From: Mayamaea pseudoterrestris
Lineage: Eukaryota
DNA length: 64,000 nt
Assembly (NCBI GenBank): GCA_027923505.1
Contig: BROI01000017.1
Coordinates: 62,001 to 126,000, forward strand
Direction: 5' to 3'
Below are positions 21,937 through 32,679 of the stretch, one piece after another. Made by a program: the position numbers and the translations under genes. The notes beneath the pieces are model-generated. The model was not told the DNA's origin and ran no database searches. It was given only the letters and a program-made list of their open reading frames with translations. Within the stretch, counting starts at the first letter, position 1; each line of letters starts with the position of its first letter.

Positions 21937-23601
21937 TTAATTAAACAACTCGTCGTGCAGATCCTTTGCCATGTTTCGAAGTTGCTGCTGCTTCCACCAG
22001 ATTGAAATGCTGTCAAAGGTAGTGCTGGAAGATTCGCCCGCTGATCCGAGACACTTGTCAGCCAGCTGCTCCAACAAGTCGCTCCTGCTGCCGCCGTCAT
22101 CCAAATCATTGTCAACGTTCGTCACGGTGGACGCTGTCGTGACGGCAGTCTCGTCGTCGTTCTCCAAACCTTGCGTCTGAACCAACGCTCGCACCTCCTG
22201 TACAAGCACTCCAAACGCGCGCACTTCGCACCGTTGCAGGCTATGGCCCCAGTCCGAGGAAAGGTTGTAGAAAAAGGCGGCGCCAAAGTCACTCAATCGA
22301 ACATCAATTACGTCCTTGTCGTTGCTGCCATTGCCACTTGGTTGATGGATCAACACGTTGTGTCCGTAAAAGTCGCCGTGACAAATTCCGTTCGCGTGCA
22401 ACGCCACTTGCGCCTCGAGCAGTCTCGTCACTAACTTGGTGGCCTGCGCCAGCGATAACGTTGGTGCGTCGTGATAAACGTCTCGCGTGCAAGACTCCAT
22501 GCTGGGAGGATTTGCCAGTGCCTGGTTGTCGTGCAAGTACTCCATGACAATGTTTCCGCCGCCAACAGTTTGACCAAGCACTTGAACCACCGTCGGCGGG
22601 TCGTGATGACTAGTGCAGGCACTGGCGGCGCAAAAGACGAGTGCCTCATGCTCGGGTCGACCGTCGGATGTCATGCGGCGGAGTGTGCGCGAATTGACAG
22701 GTGTTGCTGTGGCAACATGATCATGATGATGATGCGGCGACTCGAAGGACTTGACGGCAACATATTCATTCTTGGCAGTCCAGTACACTTTGCGAGTCGT
22801 TCCACCAGCGCCGCTTCCAAGTATTACTTGACGAGAGTCGTCCAGTTCGTCCTCTGCAATCATGTTTGCCTCCAGTGCATTCTCATGCTGCTCGTAGAGT
22901 TGCGACAGAAAGGGATTATCGCCAAGCGCAATCCACTTTAAATTGACAAGCGACTGCAGCAACAGTGCTGGAGGTTGCTGCAGCTGATTGCTAGCCAATC
23001 GAACGAGTTCAAGCTTGGTGCAATGCGCCATGGCCTCCTCTGGAAGTGACGTTAGTTCATTGCCGGAAAGCATGAGTTTTTGCAGATTGATGCATCTGCA
23101 AATAGTACTTGGAATGCAGGAGATGTGATTGTCCGTCAGTATTAACCATCGCAGCTGAGACTGGAGCGAATCCGGATGAATGGAAATCATGTTGTTGGAT
23201 TTAAAGGCAACCATTTGCAGCTGTCGGCAACGTCCAATCATTGCAGGCATTTCATTGAAATGATTGTTGCTCAAGAAGAGAATCGATAAATTTGGAAAGG
23301 CAAAATCAAAATTGTTTGGAAGTTTCGACAAGCCGCAATTGGTTAAATTCAGCTTGGTGACATTGGAGGAGGGTGGCTCGGATGACGAGAGCTTATCAGT
23401 GGAAAGCTTGGCAAGTGCCAATAGGTTGCGAATTTCGTCGTTCACCCCAGCGCCACTTTCATGATGATTTGTCACCTCACTGTCATCAACTTTTTCTCCA
23501 GATTCAATAGAATTATCATTGGTTTCTTCAGCCGGAGACATGGCTTGATTGTCGCCGATGAGAGGGCAGGAAGAAGTGGTCTGCGTCCCTGATTTCCTCA
23601 T
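21937..23601 (-). CDS. LRR plus protein kinase-like domain protein
   Basis: N-terminal LRRs (LSILFLSNN, LRWLILTDN, LQKLMLSGN), then LGSGAGG, VAVK, MTSDGRP, PPSMESCTRDVY, HGDFYGHN, LSDFGAA. Confidence 0.9.
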   Translation of the reverse strand: MRKSGTQTTSSCPLIGDNQAMSPAEETNDNSIESGEKVDDSEVTNHHESGAGVNDEIRNLLALAKLSTDKLSSSEPPSSNVTKLNLTNCGLSKLPNNFDFAFPNLSILFLSNNHFNEMPAMIGRCRQLQMVAFKSNNMISIHPDSLQSQLRWLILTDNHISCIPSTICRCINLQKLMLSGNELTSLPEEAMAHCTKLELVRLASNQLQQPPALLLQSLVNLKWIALGDNPFLSQLYEQHENALEANMIAEDELDDSRQVILGSGAGGTTRKVYWTAKNEYVAVKSFESPHHHHDHVATATPVNSRTLRRMTSDGRPEHEALVFCAASACTSHHDPPTVVQVLGQTVGGGNIVMEYLHDNQALANPPSMESCTRDVYHDAPTLSLAQATKLVTRLLEAQVALHANGICHGDFYGHNVLIHQPSGNGSNDKDVIDVRLSDFGAAFFYNLSSDWGHSLQRCEVRAFGVLVQEVRALVQTQGLENDDETAVTTASTVTNVDNDLDDGGSRSDLLEQLADKCLGSAGESSSTTFDSISIWWKQQQLRNMAKDLHDELFN

Positions 23602-23652
23602 CCATCATGGCCATGGCGAAAGTCAGAGCCGATTTTAACCGCTGCGACAGAT

Positions 23653-23829
23653 GCGACGTACGATTCATCCAATCATATCAATGTATTCTGTTGGGCCTTT
23701 TTTCACAGTTACTGGACTACTCTTTAACCGACTGTGCCAATAACTTTGAAACTTGGTAGTACTCTTCGACGCACAGTGTAATGAAAATCAGAGTTATTGG
23801 CACTACTCTTTGAGCAATAGTGCGTGATT
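23653..23829 (+). repeat. ~180-bp dispersed non-coding element, copy 1
   Basis: Aligns by eye with the reverse complement of the joined copia flanks (31125-31255 plus 36962-36988). Shared segments include ATTCATCCAATCATATCAATG, GTTGGGCCT, TGGACTACTCTTTAA and AGTTATTGG. Confidence 0.85.
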
Positions 23830-23936
23830 CGGGACTCGCGACAGCTTGCGTGACCAAGCATCTGCCGTGCAATTCGTTTCCTTCACAATGGCGATTCGAC
23901 CGTCGCCTTGATCCAGCACGAGCAGCAGCAAACGTC

Positions 23937-25240
23937 ATGACGAATCAATCAGCAGCAGCCGTCGCCGTATCTAATAGCAAGCCGAGTGGTCCAGCAAGTC
24001 GTGGCGGTCAAGTTATTCCAATCGTTTGTCCCGGACATACGCGACCTCTCGCCGAGCTTCAATTTTTGCACTTGCCGGATGAAAACAAAACTCTTTTGGT
24101 ATCGGCTTGTCATGGTGAGCAAGCTTATCATACGTACAATATATTTTCTGGAGGAGTTGAGGGGATTTTAGTCGAAAAAATGACCTTGTCATTGTCCTTT
24201 CGGGGTTGAACGCTGCGATTGACTCCATAACTTCTTTCGACTATTTTATTTTGCATTCTCTGACCACCTTCGTTTCTCCTTCCTTTCCTTTCCATCTACT
24301 ATCTATATATTCAGACAAACTCCCCATGCTCCGCGATGGCTTGTCGGGCGACTGGATTGGAACACTGCAGGGCCACAAGGGCGCCGTGTGGAGCGCCACC
24401 TTGGACAAGACGGGCAGCTTGGCGGCGACGGGCTCGGGGGACTTTTGCGCCAAGCTATGGGACGGCGTCACGGGAAAGGAACTAGTGACGCTGCAGCATG
24501 GACATATCGTCAAGACGTGTGCGTTTAGTCCGGACTCCTTGTACTTGGCGACGGGTGGACAGGAGGGAAAGGTTCGAGTGTACTCGTTGGAGACTGCTTT
24601 GCAAACGTATCAGCCACCAAAGTCTGCTACCGCTGCAGAGTTAGAACCTTGCTGGACGATTGCTGTTCCCGGCACTACTATTTTGAAAGTGTGCTGGCTC
24701 GACTCGAATACTGTTCTAGCTGGTTGCGGAGACGGCAAGATACGAGTTTGGTCGATACCGTCTGGTGCAGATGCAAATGATGTTGCAAATCCGGAACAAC
24801 CCGTGGCAATCATGGACACTGCTACTGGCAAGGAGATTCGTGACATGGACCTTGCCATAACGGGCAATGGAGCTACCATTTTGACCGTTGCGAGCAGCAA
24901 CCAAGTTCTATTCTTCAATGTCGACACGAAGTCTTCCTCATGTTTCAGCCTCCTGAAGCAACACAAGGTACCCATTCACTTTTTAAACGAAGGAGGAGCC
25001 TGCCTGCATCCCAATGGTCGAGTCTTTATCGCCGGCGGATCAGACTTGTGGGTGCGACTCTGCGACTATGAGACGGGCGAAGTTTTGGACACGTTCAAGG
25101 GACACCACGGTCCGATTCGCTGCCTTCGCTACAATCCAAACGGCTCGGCGTTTGCAAGCGGAAGTGAGGATGGTACCATTCGGTTATGGGAAACGACAAA
25201 GGCCGATGGTGCGGAGACCGCCGCCGGTGTCTGCAAGTGA
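23937..25240 (+). CDS. STRAP: WD40 protein STRAP/UNRIP; exons 23937-24114 and 24315-25240
   Basis: PIVCPGHTRP, SACHD|KLPMLRDG..GDWIGT..GHKGAVW, GHHGPI, FASGSEDGTIRLW. GT-AG intron 24115-24314. Confidence 0.92.
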
Positions 25241-25378
25241 GGCAATTCGCAATACTGTATAAGTTTCAGCATTGCTAAGCTACATTTGTTGCAGTCGTAA
25301 ATGTCTTGGCATCGTACGGGTTAAATATGACAAATCAGCACTTTAACATTGCTATTTCAACAAGTAACATTACAATAT

Positions 25379-26511
25379 TTAACCTTTGTACGGTTGAAAG
25401 TACGAACTCACAAGTCCAAATATCAGGTTCATCAAGGCGAATGCCACTGATCCAGTCCACCGTTGACCCTTGGCCCAGCTCGGCATTAGCACCGTATATA
25501 CCAAGAAGCTTCCAACACACCAAGTACCAAAGCCGATAGCAAACGCCACCTTGCGATGGTTTCCGCCGCCACCAGTGTTAAAGTTCATGGCCATGCCGCC
25601 CGACTCTTGCTCCTCCTTGGGCATGCCTCGGAAGGTCAACTGCGCCACACAAACTAACCATGCGAATCGTCCAATGTAATCCTGCGACGGAGGAAGTGCA
25701 ACTCCAATGGCCGTAATGATACCCCACAGCCGCAGTTGCGCCTTGGCGTGCGCGGCGTCAGGTTTGACAATGAGTCCACGCGTCCAAGCGGGTGCTGAGT
25801 TTTCCTCTTTATCGGCCTTGACCTTGCTGGAGACGTCGTCCTCGTCGGCTCTGTTGAATTAATGGGGGCAAGAATTGGTGAGGATATGTAATTAAGAATG
25901 AGTGAGACATGGAGAGATGTTCTATCGCAGATTACAACCGAAGTCGTATAACTCCATGCGACACCACATCCACATCAACACTCCGCAGCGCTAGATCCAT
26001 CGAACAAGCTAAAAAAGAACCGTTTATTATATACATACCCTTCCTTTTCATAAAGACTCTGCTTCATGGCCGCCGAATCAATCTCAGCCAAGCCAGCCAA
26101 TCGCTCGTTCAATCGAATCTGCAGTATCTTGTCCTTGGCAATTTCAATTTGCACCTTCTTTTTAAGGTCTCCGGCATTGGCCGCAATCAGTCGATCCGTC
26201 GCGGCGACAATTTCCTCGTAGGTTGCTTCGGGTGGAATGCCGAGTTGCCGGTGCAGCATGGCGCGCTCCTGCTGGAAGCGACGCACTTGACGTTGCTTCT
26301 CCTTGGCGGCGATCCATGGAAGTTTCTTGAATGGGTTGGGAAGGCTCTTGACGTCTAGCGCCACGGCTGATAGTTGAGTGTGACTGCGTGCTGTTACTGC
26401 TGGTGCATTGTAAACAAGTCGAGTCGGAGGGGCGAATGCAAGTGTGACGGATGGAATTGCTGCGAGCTGACATGCCAGTAATAAGCTTGCGTGAAGATTG
26501 ATAAATCTCAT
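25379..26511 (-). CDS. Plastid CPP1-like (J-like domain) membrane protein; exons 26511-26039 and 25850-25379
   Basis: Bipartite presequence (signal peptide ending VTLA-FAP), LGIPPEATYEEI..IEIAKDKILQIRLNERLAG, C-terminal TM helices. Intron 25851-26038 joins two track ORFs in frame. Confidence 0.8.
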
Positions 26512-26871
26512 GATCAAGTCTGCAAATATCCTATTTAGATCTGTCAATGTGACAAGCCTGTCGCTGCTGTATATGACACGAGGCAGCACTATGGTGAAGG
26601 CTGTCGTTCGAGGGTTCAACTTGGAAAACGAAACGAGTTGGATCGATCGATGGTGCGCGCGGCGGCGCGGTTGATGCATTTTGAAAGTACGTCATCTTTT
26701 AGCGCAGCCGCCGATCTTATGTAAACCGATGCGACGCCAAACGTAACCGTCGCTTTTCTTCGCGAGTCACCATGGGATCGCACTCGGCAGACCGCAACGG
26801 CCATTCGACGTCTACCAGCAGCACAAATCAACTTGTTCACATTGAACCTATAAAATAGACACTTACAGAAA

Positions 26872-27285
26872 ATGCGCAAAGGCGCTGGTAGCCGCAAAAG
26901 CAAAACTAGCACAAATTACAAGCAAGTCTCACTTGACGACTTTTCCGACGATGACTCCTTGAGCGATGCTGAAACAGGCGGCAGTGATCCAGCGCAACGA
27001 CAAATGCAAACACTCCAGGAGCAGGACCATGGACTGGAACTATTGGCGCAAGCAACGGATCGACTCGGCGTCATGAGCATGGCTATTTCGGAAGAGTTGG
27101 GACAGCAGAACCGAATGCTGGATGACATGGATGAGGATTTGGAAACGGCAACGACAAACATGGATGCTGTCACGCGAAAAACAAAGGAGTTCATTGATCA
27201 GTCCGGTGGCACCAAGAATTTCTTGGTGATTCTTTGTCTCTCCGTCGTCGTGGTGGTGCTAGTGCTACTATTGCTGTATACGTAA
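26872..27285 (+). CDS. Qc-SNARE (syntaxin 6/8-like), tail-anchored
   Basis: EQDHGLELL..RLGVMSMAISEELGQQNRMLDDM SNARE motif plus C-terminal TM helix. Confidence 0.85.
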   Translation: MRKGAGSRKSKTSTNYKQVSLDDFSDDDSLSDAETGGSDPAQRQMQTLQEQDHGLELLAQATDRLGVMSMAISEELGQQNRMLDDMDEDLETATTNMDAVTRKTKEFIDQSGGTKNFLVILCLSVVVVVLVLLLLYT

Positions 27286-27328
27286 CGTTGCTTGACTTTT
27301 AACTTTCATTCGTCAATTCAACCATGCG

Positions 27329-28246
27329 TTATTCATCATCAACCTGCATGGGACTACTACTTGTAATACCAGAGTCATTCTTGTCGTTTGGCACTGCTTC
27401 ACTTGTTTCAAACTGCTCATCATAGGCTCGCTCCGCCGCCATGGCTGCCACTCGCAAATCGTGATACTCGATGGTTTTGGCAATGGTATTCGCACCACGC
27501 GAACCTCCGGCAGCGGCGCGTGCGTTCGTCTGCAGGAAAAAGCCTGGATCCAGTCCCTGTCGTTGCCGATCCTCCAGTGCGTGTAATATATCGCGAGGCT
27601 GCAGTGGAGCGCTGCGATGATTATTATTATTGTCGACCATTGATGCGGCACCTTGTCCCTCACTCGTGGCTGCACTGACGGTACGTTCCGCTCGCAACTG
27701 CACTGCTGCAGTCACAAGACGCTGCGCGTAAATCTTGGCCAGTGTTGCTACCACCATGACAATGTCTTGGTCCTGTCCAGGAACGACCAAATCGGCGAGT
27801 TGCAGGGGCGTTGATGCGCCGTTTGCTTGCAGTCGCTCCGAAAGACAAGCCGCCACATATTGCTCCACAGCCGTCGCTGACAGGACCGATTCCTGGTAAG
27901 CATTGTACCGCGAGTGTTCCAGCGGCGTGAGCGTGCTCAGAATGCGCGTCATGCGTTGACCTTCGGCGGTTGTCGTGGTGCTTGCTCCGGATGATCCATG
28001 ATGATGGTGGTGGTGATGACTGCTGCTACGGCCATGATGGTGGGAGTCGCTGACACTATCAGATCGATTGCGATTCTTGTTCTTGTCCTTCTTCTTCTTG
28101 CTGGATGGCTTCGATTTCTTCTTATTGTTAATCATTGTTGACGACGAAAAAGGAACATCCTTTTCTCCACGCGTCGGAGGCGTTTGGCTACGAGGACGTT
28201 TACTCGGTACGCTGCTTCCACCACCCCCAGACTTTCTTTGATCCAT
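27329..28246 (-). CDS. TAF11-like histone-fold protein
   Basis: ILSTLTPLEHSRYNAYQES, IVMVVATLAKIYAQRLV and PLQPRDILHA resemble the TAFII28/TAF11 fold. Confidence 0.7.
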   Translation of the reverse strand: MDQRKSGGGGSSVPSKRPRSQTPPTRGEKDVPFSSSTMINNKKKSKPSSKKKKDKNKNRNRSDSVSDSHHHGRSSSHHHHHHHGSSGASTTTTAEGQRMTRILSTLTPLEHSRYNAYQESVLSATAVEQYVAACLSERLQANGASTPLQLADLVVPGQDQDIVMVVATLAKIYAQRLVTAAVQLRAERTVSAATSEGQGAASMVDNNNNHRSAPLQPRDILHALEDRQRQGLDPGFFLQTNARAAAGGSRGANTIAKTIEYHDLRVAAMAAERAYDEQFETSEAVPNDKNDSGITSSSPMQVDDE

Positions 28247-28371
28247 TGTTGTCGTGAATCGCGTGTGGAGTGCTATTAGCCAGCTACCGTATAGTTTGAG
28301 CGGCAGTTCCCATGGTGATGAGCTCAAGCGCTCGATTGGATTGCAGAGCGTGACGCTTCCAGGCGTCGTGA

Positions 28372-28545
28372 TGACGTAATTGACACTGGCACTTGTTTCA
28401 TACTATAGCCTTGTGACGTAATTGACACTGGCAGTCGTTTCGCAATATTGCCTTTTGACGCCATTGACACTGGCACTTGTTTCGTAGTATTGCCTTGTGA
28501 CGTAATTGATACTGGCACTTGTTTCATACTATTGCCTAATGACGT
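28372..28545 (-). repeat. 42-bp unit array, 4 copies, reverse orientation
   Basis: TGACGTAATTGACACTGGCACTTGTTTCATACTATTGCC units between divergent TAF11-like and importin alpha genes. Confidence 0.95.
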
Positions 28546-28753
28546 ACTATATCAAGAATGGTGCCCCCGAAACGTTACCGGGGGGCGCTGCTTCAACGTT
28601 CTGACGACAGTCAGACGATGGGGGCGCTAGCGAGCAACGGCCATGTCGCCAGCGCTGCACCATCCTCCCATTCATTTCGCAGCCGCAAGCCTTTCATTGC
28701 TTTTGCTTGCTCTCTTGTTACTTTATTATCTATTGTTTTCAATTCTTGCAAAA

Positions 28754-30745
28754 ATGCAGAATTCCGGAGAGGTGAGTGAGAGAATGCGCCGCGCGATAAT
28801 GTTGATCGCAATCATGCAGTTTTGCCGCTCCGCAGCAGCCGTCGTGGTCGTTGTCGCCAGTAAATTTGAATCTATTTTACTTGTATTTGCTCGTTTAATG
28901 TATGCTTCATTCAGTCTCTTTCATTGCTTTTCGCTACCGTAATTATTTGGAACGCCATTGTTCTTGCTTCGCCTTCCTTTACTATCATTGATCCATCTAT
29001 TCACTCGCTCACTCGCTACATTCATGTTCTGACGCCATACTCCTATTTCGTTTCATTTTCTTGTACAGCCACGCGCCGCAACTGGTACCGCTCGTAATCT
29101 CAAAAAGACGGTCGACTTGGAGGACTCTCGTCGCAGCCGCGAGGAGACGACGATTCAGCTCCGCAAGAACAAGAAGGATGCTCGACTGGCCAAGCGCCGT
29201 CAGATGAATGTTGAAGATGCGTCGCTCAGTACTCCGGCGGGACGAGCCGCCGCCATGATGCTTTCGAATGCTGGAGATTCGACTTACGCGGACATGATTG
29301 ACGAAAATGGCATGGGAGTCGCGACGGATGGACAGGGCAATGCCATGCCGGCCGTCAATGCGCGCCAGCTCGAGCAGATTCCAGTCATGATTCAGGGACT
29401 CATGAGCAACGATCCGACGACACAGACGGAAAGCACGACGCAGTTTCGCCGCTTGCTATCCATCGAGAAATCGCCGCCAATCCAGCAAGTTATTGACTCT
29501 GGAGTAGTTCCTCGCTTTGTCGAGTTTTTGCAGCGCGACGACAGTCCGGCGCTCCAGTTTGAAGCCGCTTGGGCGCTTACCAACATTGCCAGTGGAACAA
29601 GCGATCATACCAGGGTTGTTATGGAGTCGGGCGCGGTGCCAATCTTTGTCCGCTTGCTGTTGAGTCCAAATGATGACGTTCGCGAGCAAGCTGTTTGGGC
29701 GCTTGGAAACATTGCTGGTGACTCGCCTCCTTGCCGCGACTTGGTCTTGCAGGCGCAAGCGATGCAGCCGCTCCTCATGCAGTTGCACCAAAACTCCAAG
29801 TTGTCCATGCTGCGCAATGCGACTTGGACGTTGAGCAACTTTTGTCGCGGCAAGCCGCAGCCGGACTTTGAGTTGGTTCGTCCGGCCTTGCCAACGTTGG
29901 CGCAGCTCATCTTTAGTCCCGACGAGGAGGTTTTGACGGATGCTTGCTGGGCGCTCTCCTACTTGAGCGATGGTCCGAACGAAAAGATCCAGGCCGTCAT
30001 TGAAGCTGGCGTCTGTCGCCGCTTGGTCGAGCTCTTGCTCAATCCGAGTCCAGCCGTTCAGACTCCGGCGTTGCGCACGGTCGGAAACGTTGTGACTGGA
30101 AACGACTTGCAGACGCAGTTTGTCCTCAACAATAACGCGCTTCCTTGCTTGCTGGCGCTCTTGAGCTCGCCCAAGAAGGGCATTCGCAAGGAAGCCTGCT
30201 GGACTATTTCCAATATTACGGCTGGCAACAAGGAGCAAATCCAGGCAGTCATTGAGAACAATATTATTCCGCCGCTCATCCAGCTCTTGTCGAATGCCGA
30301 GTTTGACATTCGCAAGGAGGCGGCTTGGGCGATTAGCAACGCGACGAGTGGAGGCTCGCCGGAGCAGATCAAGTTTCTTGTCCACCAGGGCTGCATTCGC
30401 CCGCTCTGCGACTTGCTCATCGTTTCGGACCCCAAGATTGTCACGATTGCCTTGGAAGGTTTGGAAAACATTTTGCGCATTGGAGAGGACGAGGCGCGTG
30501 CCACTGGCAATCCCAACCAAATGACTTTGCACATTTCGGAAGCGGAGGGCCTCAACAAGATTGAAGACTTGCAGCAGCACTCCAACAATGAAATTTACGA
30601 GCGCTCGATCAAGATCTTGGAAACGTACTTTGGTGTTGAAGACGACGATGAGATGGCGGCCATTGCACCAGCCATGGTTGGTGGCCAATTTGGCTTTGGC
30701 ATGGACCAGCAGCCGCCGACTGGCGGATTCAACTTTTCCGGTTAG
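28754..30745 (+). CDS. Importin alpha; 18-nt first exon 28754-28771, exon 2 29069-30745
   Basis: IBB domain (RRSREETTIQLRKNKKDARLAKRR) and ARM repeats (FEAAWALTNIASG, WALGNIAGD). Intron 28772-29068 is in frame. Confidence 0.96.
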
Positions 30746-31124
30746 AGCATGTTTGCTCCCGACCTTGCATGATTGAACTGACGACAACGAAACACAACAA
30801 CAATAATAATAATACTAATCACAACCCCTGCGGCGTAGAAGAACCAAGATGACATTAATCTCTTGATGCTTTTACCCCGCTAAAGTCGCATGCGGTTGCT
30901 TGGACTTTCCGCCAAGGACCCGCTCTGACGATGCTTATTGGCCTCTTGTTCCCTACAAACTTTGATGTAGCGACCAAGACTTGCTAAATAATGATGCTGG
31001 GTTAATTAAATCTTGTACTCTATGTATTTGGTACTTGTAGTGACCATGGTGCGTCGTTCGAGTGAGTGTTGCATGGCAACGCATTCGATCACGTGCAGCG
31101 TGCGCCAGTTTGGCGGTCGTGCAT

Positions 31125-31255
31125 AATCATACACTATCGACCAAAGAGTACGACCAATAACTTTAATTTTCAACACACTGTCGACCAAAGAGCACTGCCA
31201 CAGTCATTTAAAGAGTAGTCCAAAAACTTTGAAAATAGGCCCAACTGGATCCATT
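31125..31255 (-). repeat. ~180-bp dispersed element, copy 2 (left part; remainder at 36957-36988), interrupted by the copia element
   Basis: The reconstructed empty site is collinear with 23653-23829. Confidence 0.8.
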
Positions 31256-31450
31256 TGTTGTGAATACGCACTCGCCATGACTCATTAATATCCCATTCTG
31301 TCCACCATCCATTCCATCGCTTCGCTCTCAGCCACTCGATTAGCAAGAGTCTCCTGGCGCTTACCGCCATGAGCTCATAATGTAACAATTCAACGTTATT
31401 GAACTAGTTTGCTTCGAGTGTCTGCTGTAGTACCTTGCGGCCCTTCAACA
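31256..31450 (+). repeat. 5' LTR
   Basis: Identical by eye to 36762-36956. Confidence 0.97.
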
Positions 31451-31462
31451 GAATTGTTACAT
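31451..31462 (+). promoter_or_regulatory. Primer-binding site complementary to the element's own LTR (31380-31391)
   Basis: GAATTGTTACAT directly follows the LTR and is the exact reverse complement of ATGTAACAATTC. There is no TGG start. Confidence 0.75.
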
Positions 31463-31551
31463 CTCACCCACCCGCTACCATTGCTCCTCACAGAATCCTC
31501 CAGCTCCTCCGTACCCTTCTCCGCCGCCTCTTCCGTGCCTCCCATCCCAAG

Positions 31552-32679
31552 ATGAACATCACGCTCCCTACGCTCGATCCTTTGACCATCATCGAAGGCA
31601 AGCCTACTTACTCTACCCTTACTATCGCCTCTGCTCAACTCCGCGCCAACGCTCGCAAGATTCCTGCCCGTTCTGATGACAACGGCCATGATTTTCTGTG
31701 CATGACGGACGCCGAGATCCTCGAACGCTTCCCTGATCCAGCCGCTCCCTTTGACCGCCCAACTCGCCCCGAGGAGCTCGGTCTTCAAGTCGCTGGCCTT
31801 ACCCAAAACCAACTGACTGAGCGCAATCGCATTCACAAAGAAAAATCCGACGATTTCAAGCTCATGCTAGTTGCCGACACTGCTCTCAAGACTTGCCTCC
31901 TTGCTGCTCTCAACGAAGACTACTATTCCGTCCTCAGAAACCGTCGTACCATCTACGCCAATCTCACCACGCTGCAGATCCTCACGCATCTCACCACCGC
32001 CTACGGACGCGTTTCCAACCAGGAACGCAAAGACAACGTTCTTCGTCTCCTCACGCCGTGGGATCCCAACGATCCCATCGAGCGCATTTGGAGTCGCATC
32101 ACCGACATCAACGACTTTGCCGAAGATGCCGGCACGCCCATTCCACCGGAACAACAGATCCACGACACGCTCCTCGTCCTCAACAACAGTGGCGTGTTTG
32201 CCGCCGATCTCGCCGCCTACGACCGCGATGTCGACGAGGTGGACCGCACCATGGAGAATCTTCAGGCCCGTTTCAACAAGGCCAACGACAAGCGCTTGGA
32301 GCACCGCACGGCTGGCCAAGCTGGCTATCAGGATCATGCCAACCTCGCGCAAACCGCCGAGTTAACTCGCCTCCGTCGCCAGTTGCAGCAGGCGATGGCC
32401 GCCATTCGCGATGGGACGCCCGCACCTACTCGTGTCACCCCTGCGACACCCACCACGCCTGCTCCAGCTATCACGCCTACGCCAGCGGCAGCGCCCACCG
32501 CTTCACCACGCGCCCGTCACTATTGCCACACTCATGGCTTTGGTCTCAACTACCGCCACACTAGCGCTACTTGCCAAAACCCTGGTCCAAATCATGTCAG
32601 CACGGCGACCGCTGACAATACCATGGGTGGCACCCTTACCGAGATGAGTCCTCGCAATCCCGCCAACCCTCGCAGCTGA
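31552..32679 (+). CDS. gag: Retrotransposon Gag
   Basis: 375-aa ORF after the 5' LTR with a C-terminal zinc-knuckle variant YCHTHG...HTSATC; ends at TGA in frame with pol. Confidence 0.9.
   Translation: MNITLPTLDPLTIIEGKPTYSTLTIASAQLRANARKIPARSDDNGHDFLCMTDAEILERFPDPAAPFDRPTRPEELGLQVAGLTQNQLTERNRIHKEKSDDFKLMLVADTALKTCLLAALNEDYYSVLRNRRTIYANLTTLQILTHLTTAYGRVSNQERKDNVLRLLTPWDPNDPIERIWSRITDINDFAEDAGTPIPPEQQIHDTLLVLNNSGVFAADLAAYDRDVDEVDRTMENLQARFNKANDKRLEHRTAGQAGYQDHANLAQTAELTRLRRQLQQAMAAIRDGTPAPTRVTPATPTTPAPAITPTPAAAPTASPRARHYCHTHGFGLNYRHTSATCQNPGPNHVSTATADNTMGGTLTEMSPRNPANPRS

Noticed and set aside
29456..30787. 443-aa antisense ORF over importin alpha, and similar ones over transketolase and pol
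   Set aside because: Shadow frames expected from codon bias in GC-rich coding sequence; no recognisable motifs.
31006..31188. Host gene disrupted by the copia insertion
   Set aside because: The rejoined flanks give only short ORFs and match a non-coding repeat at 23653-23829.
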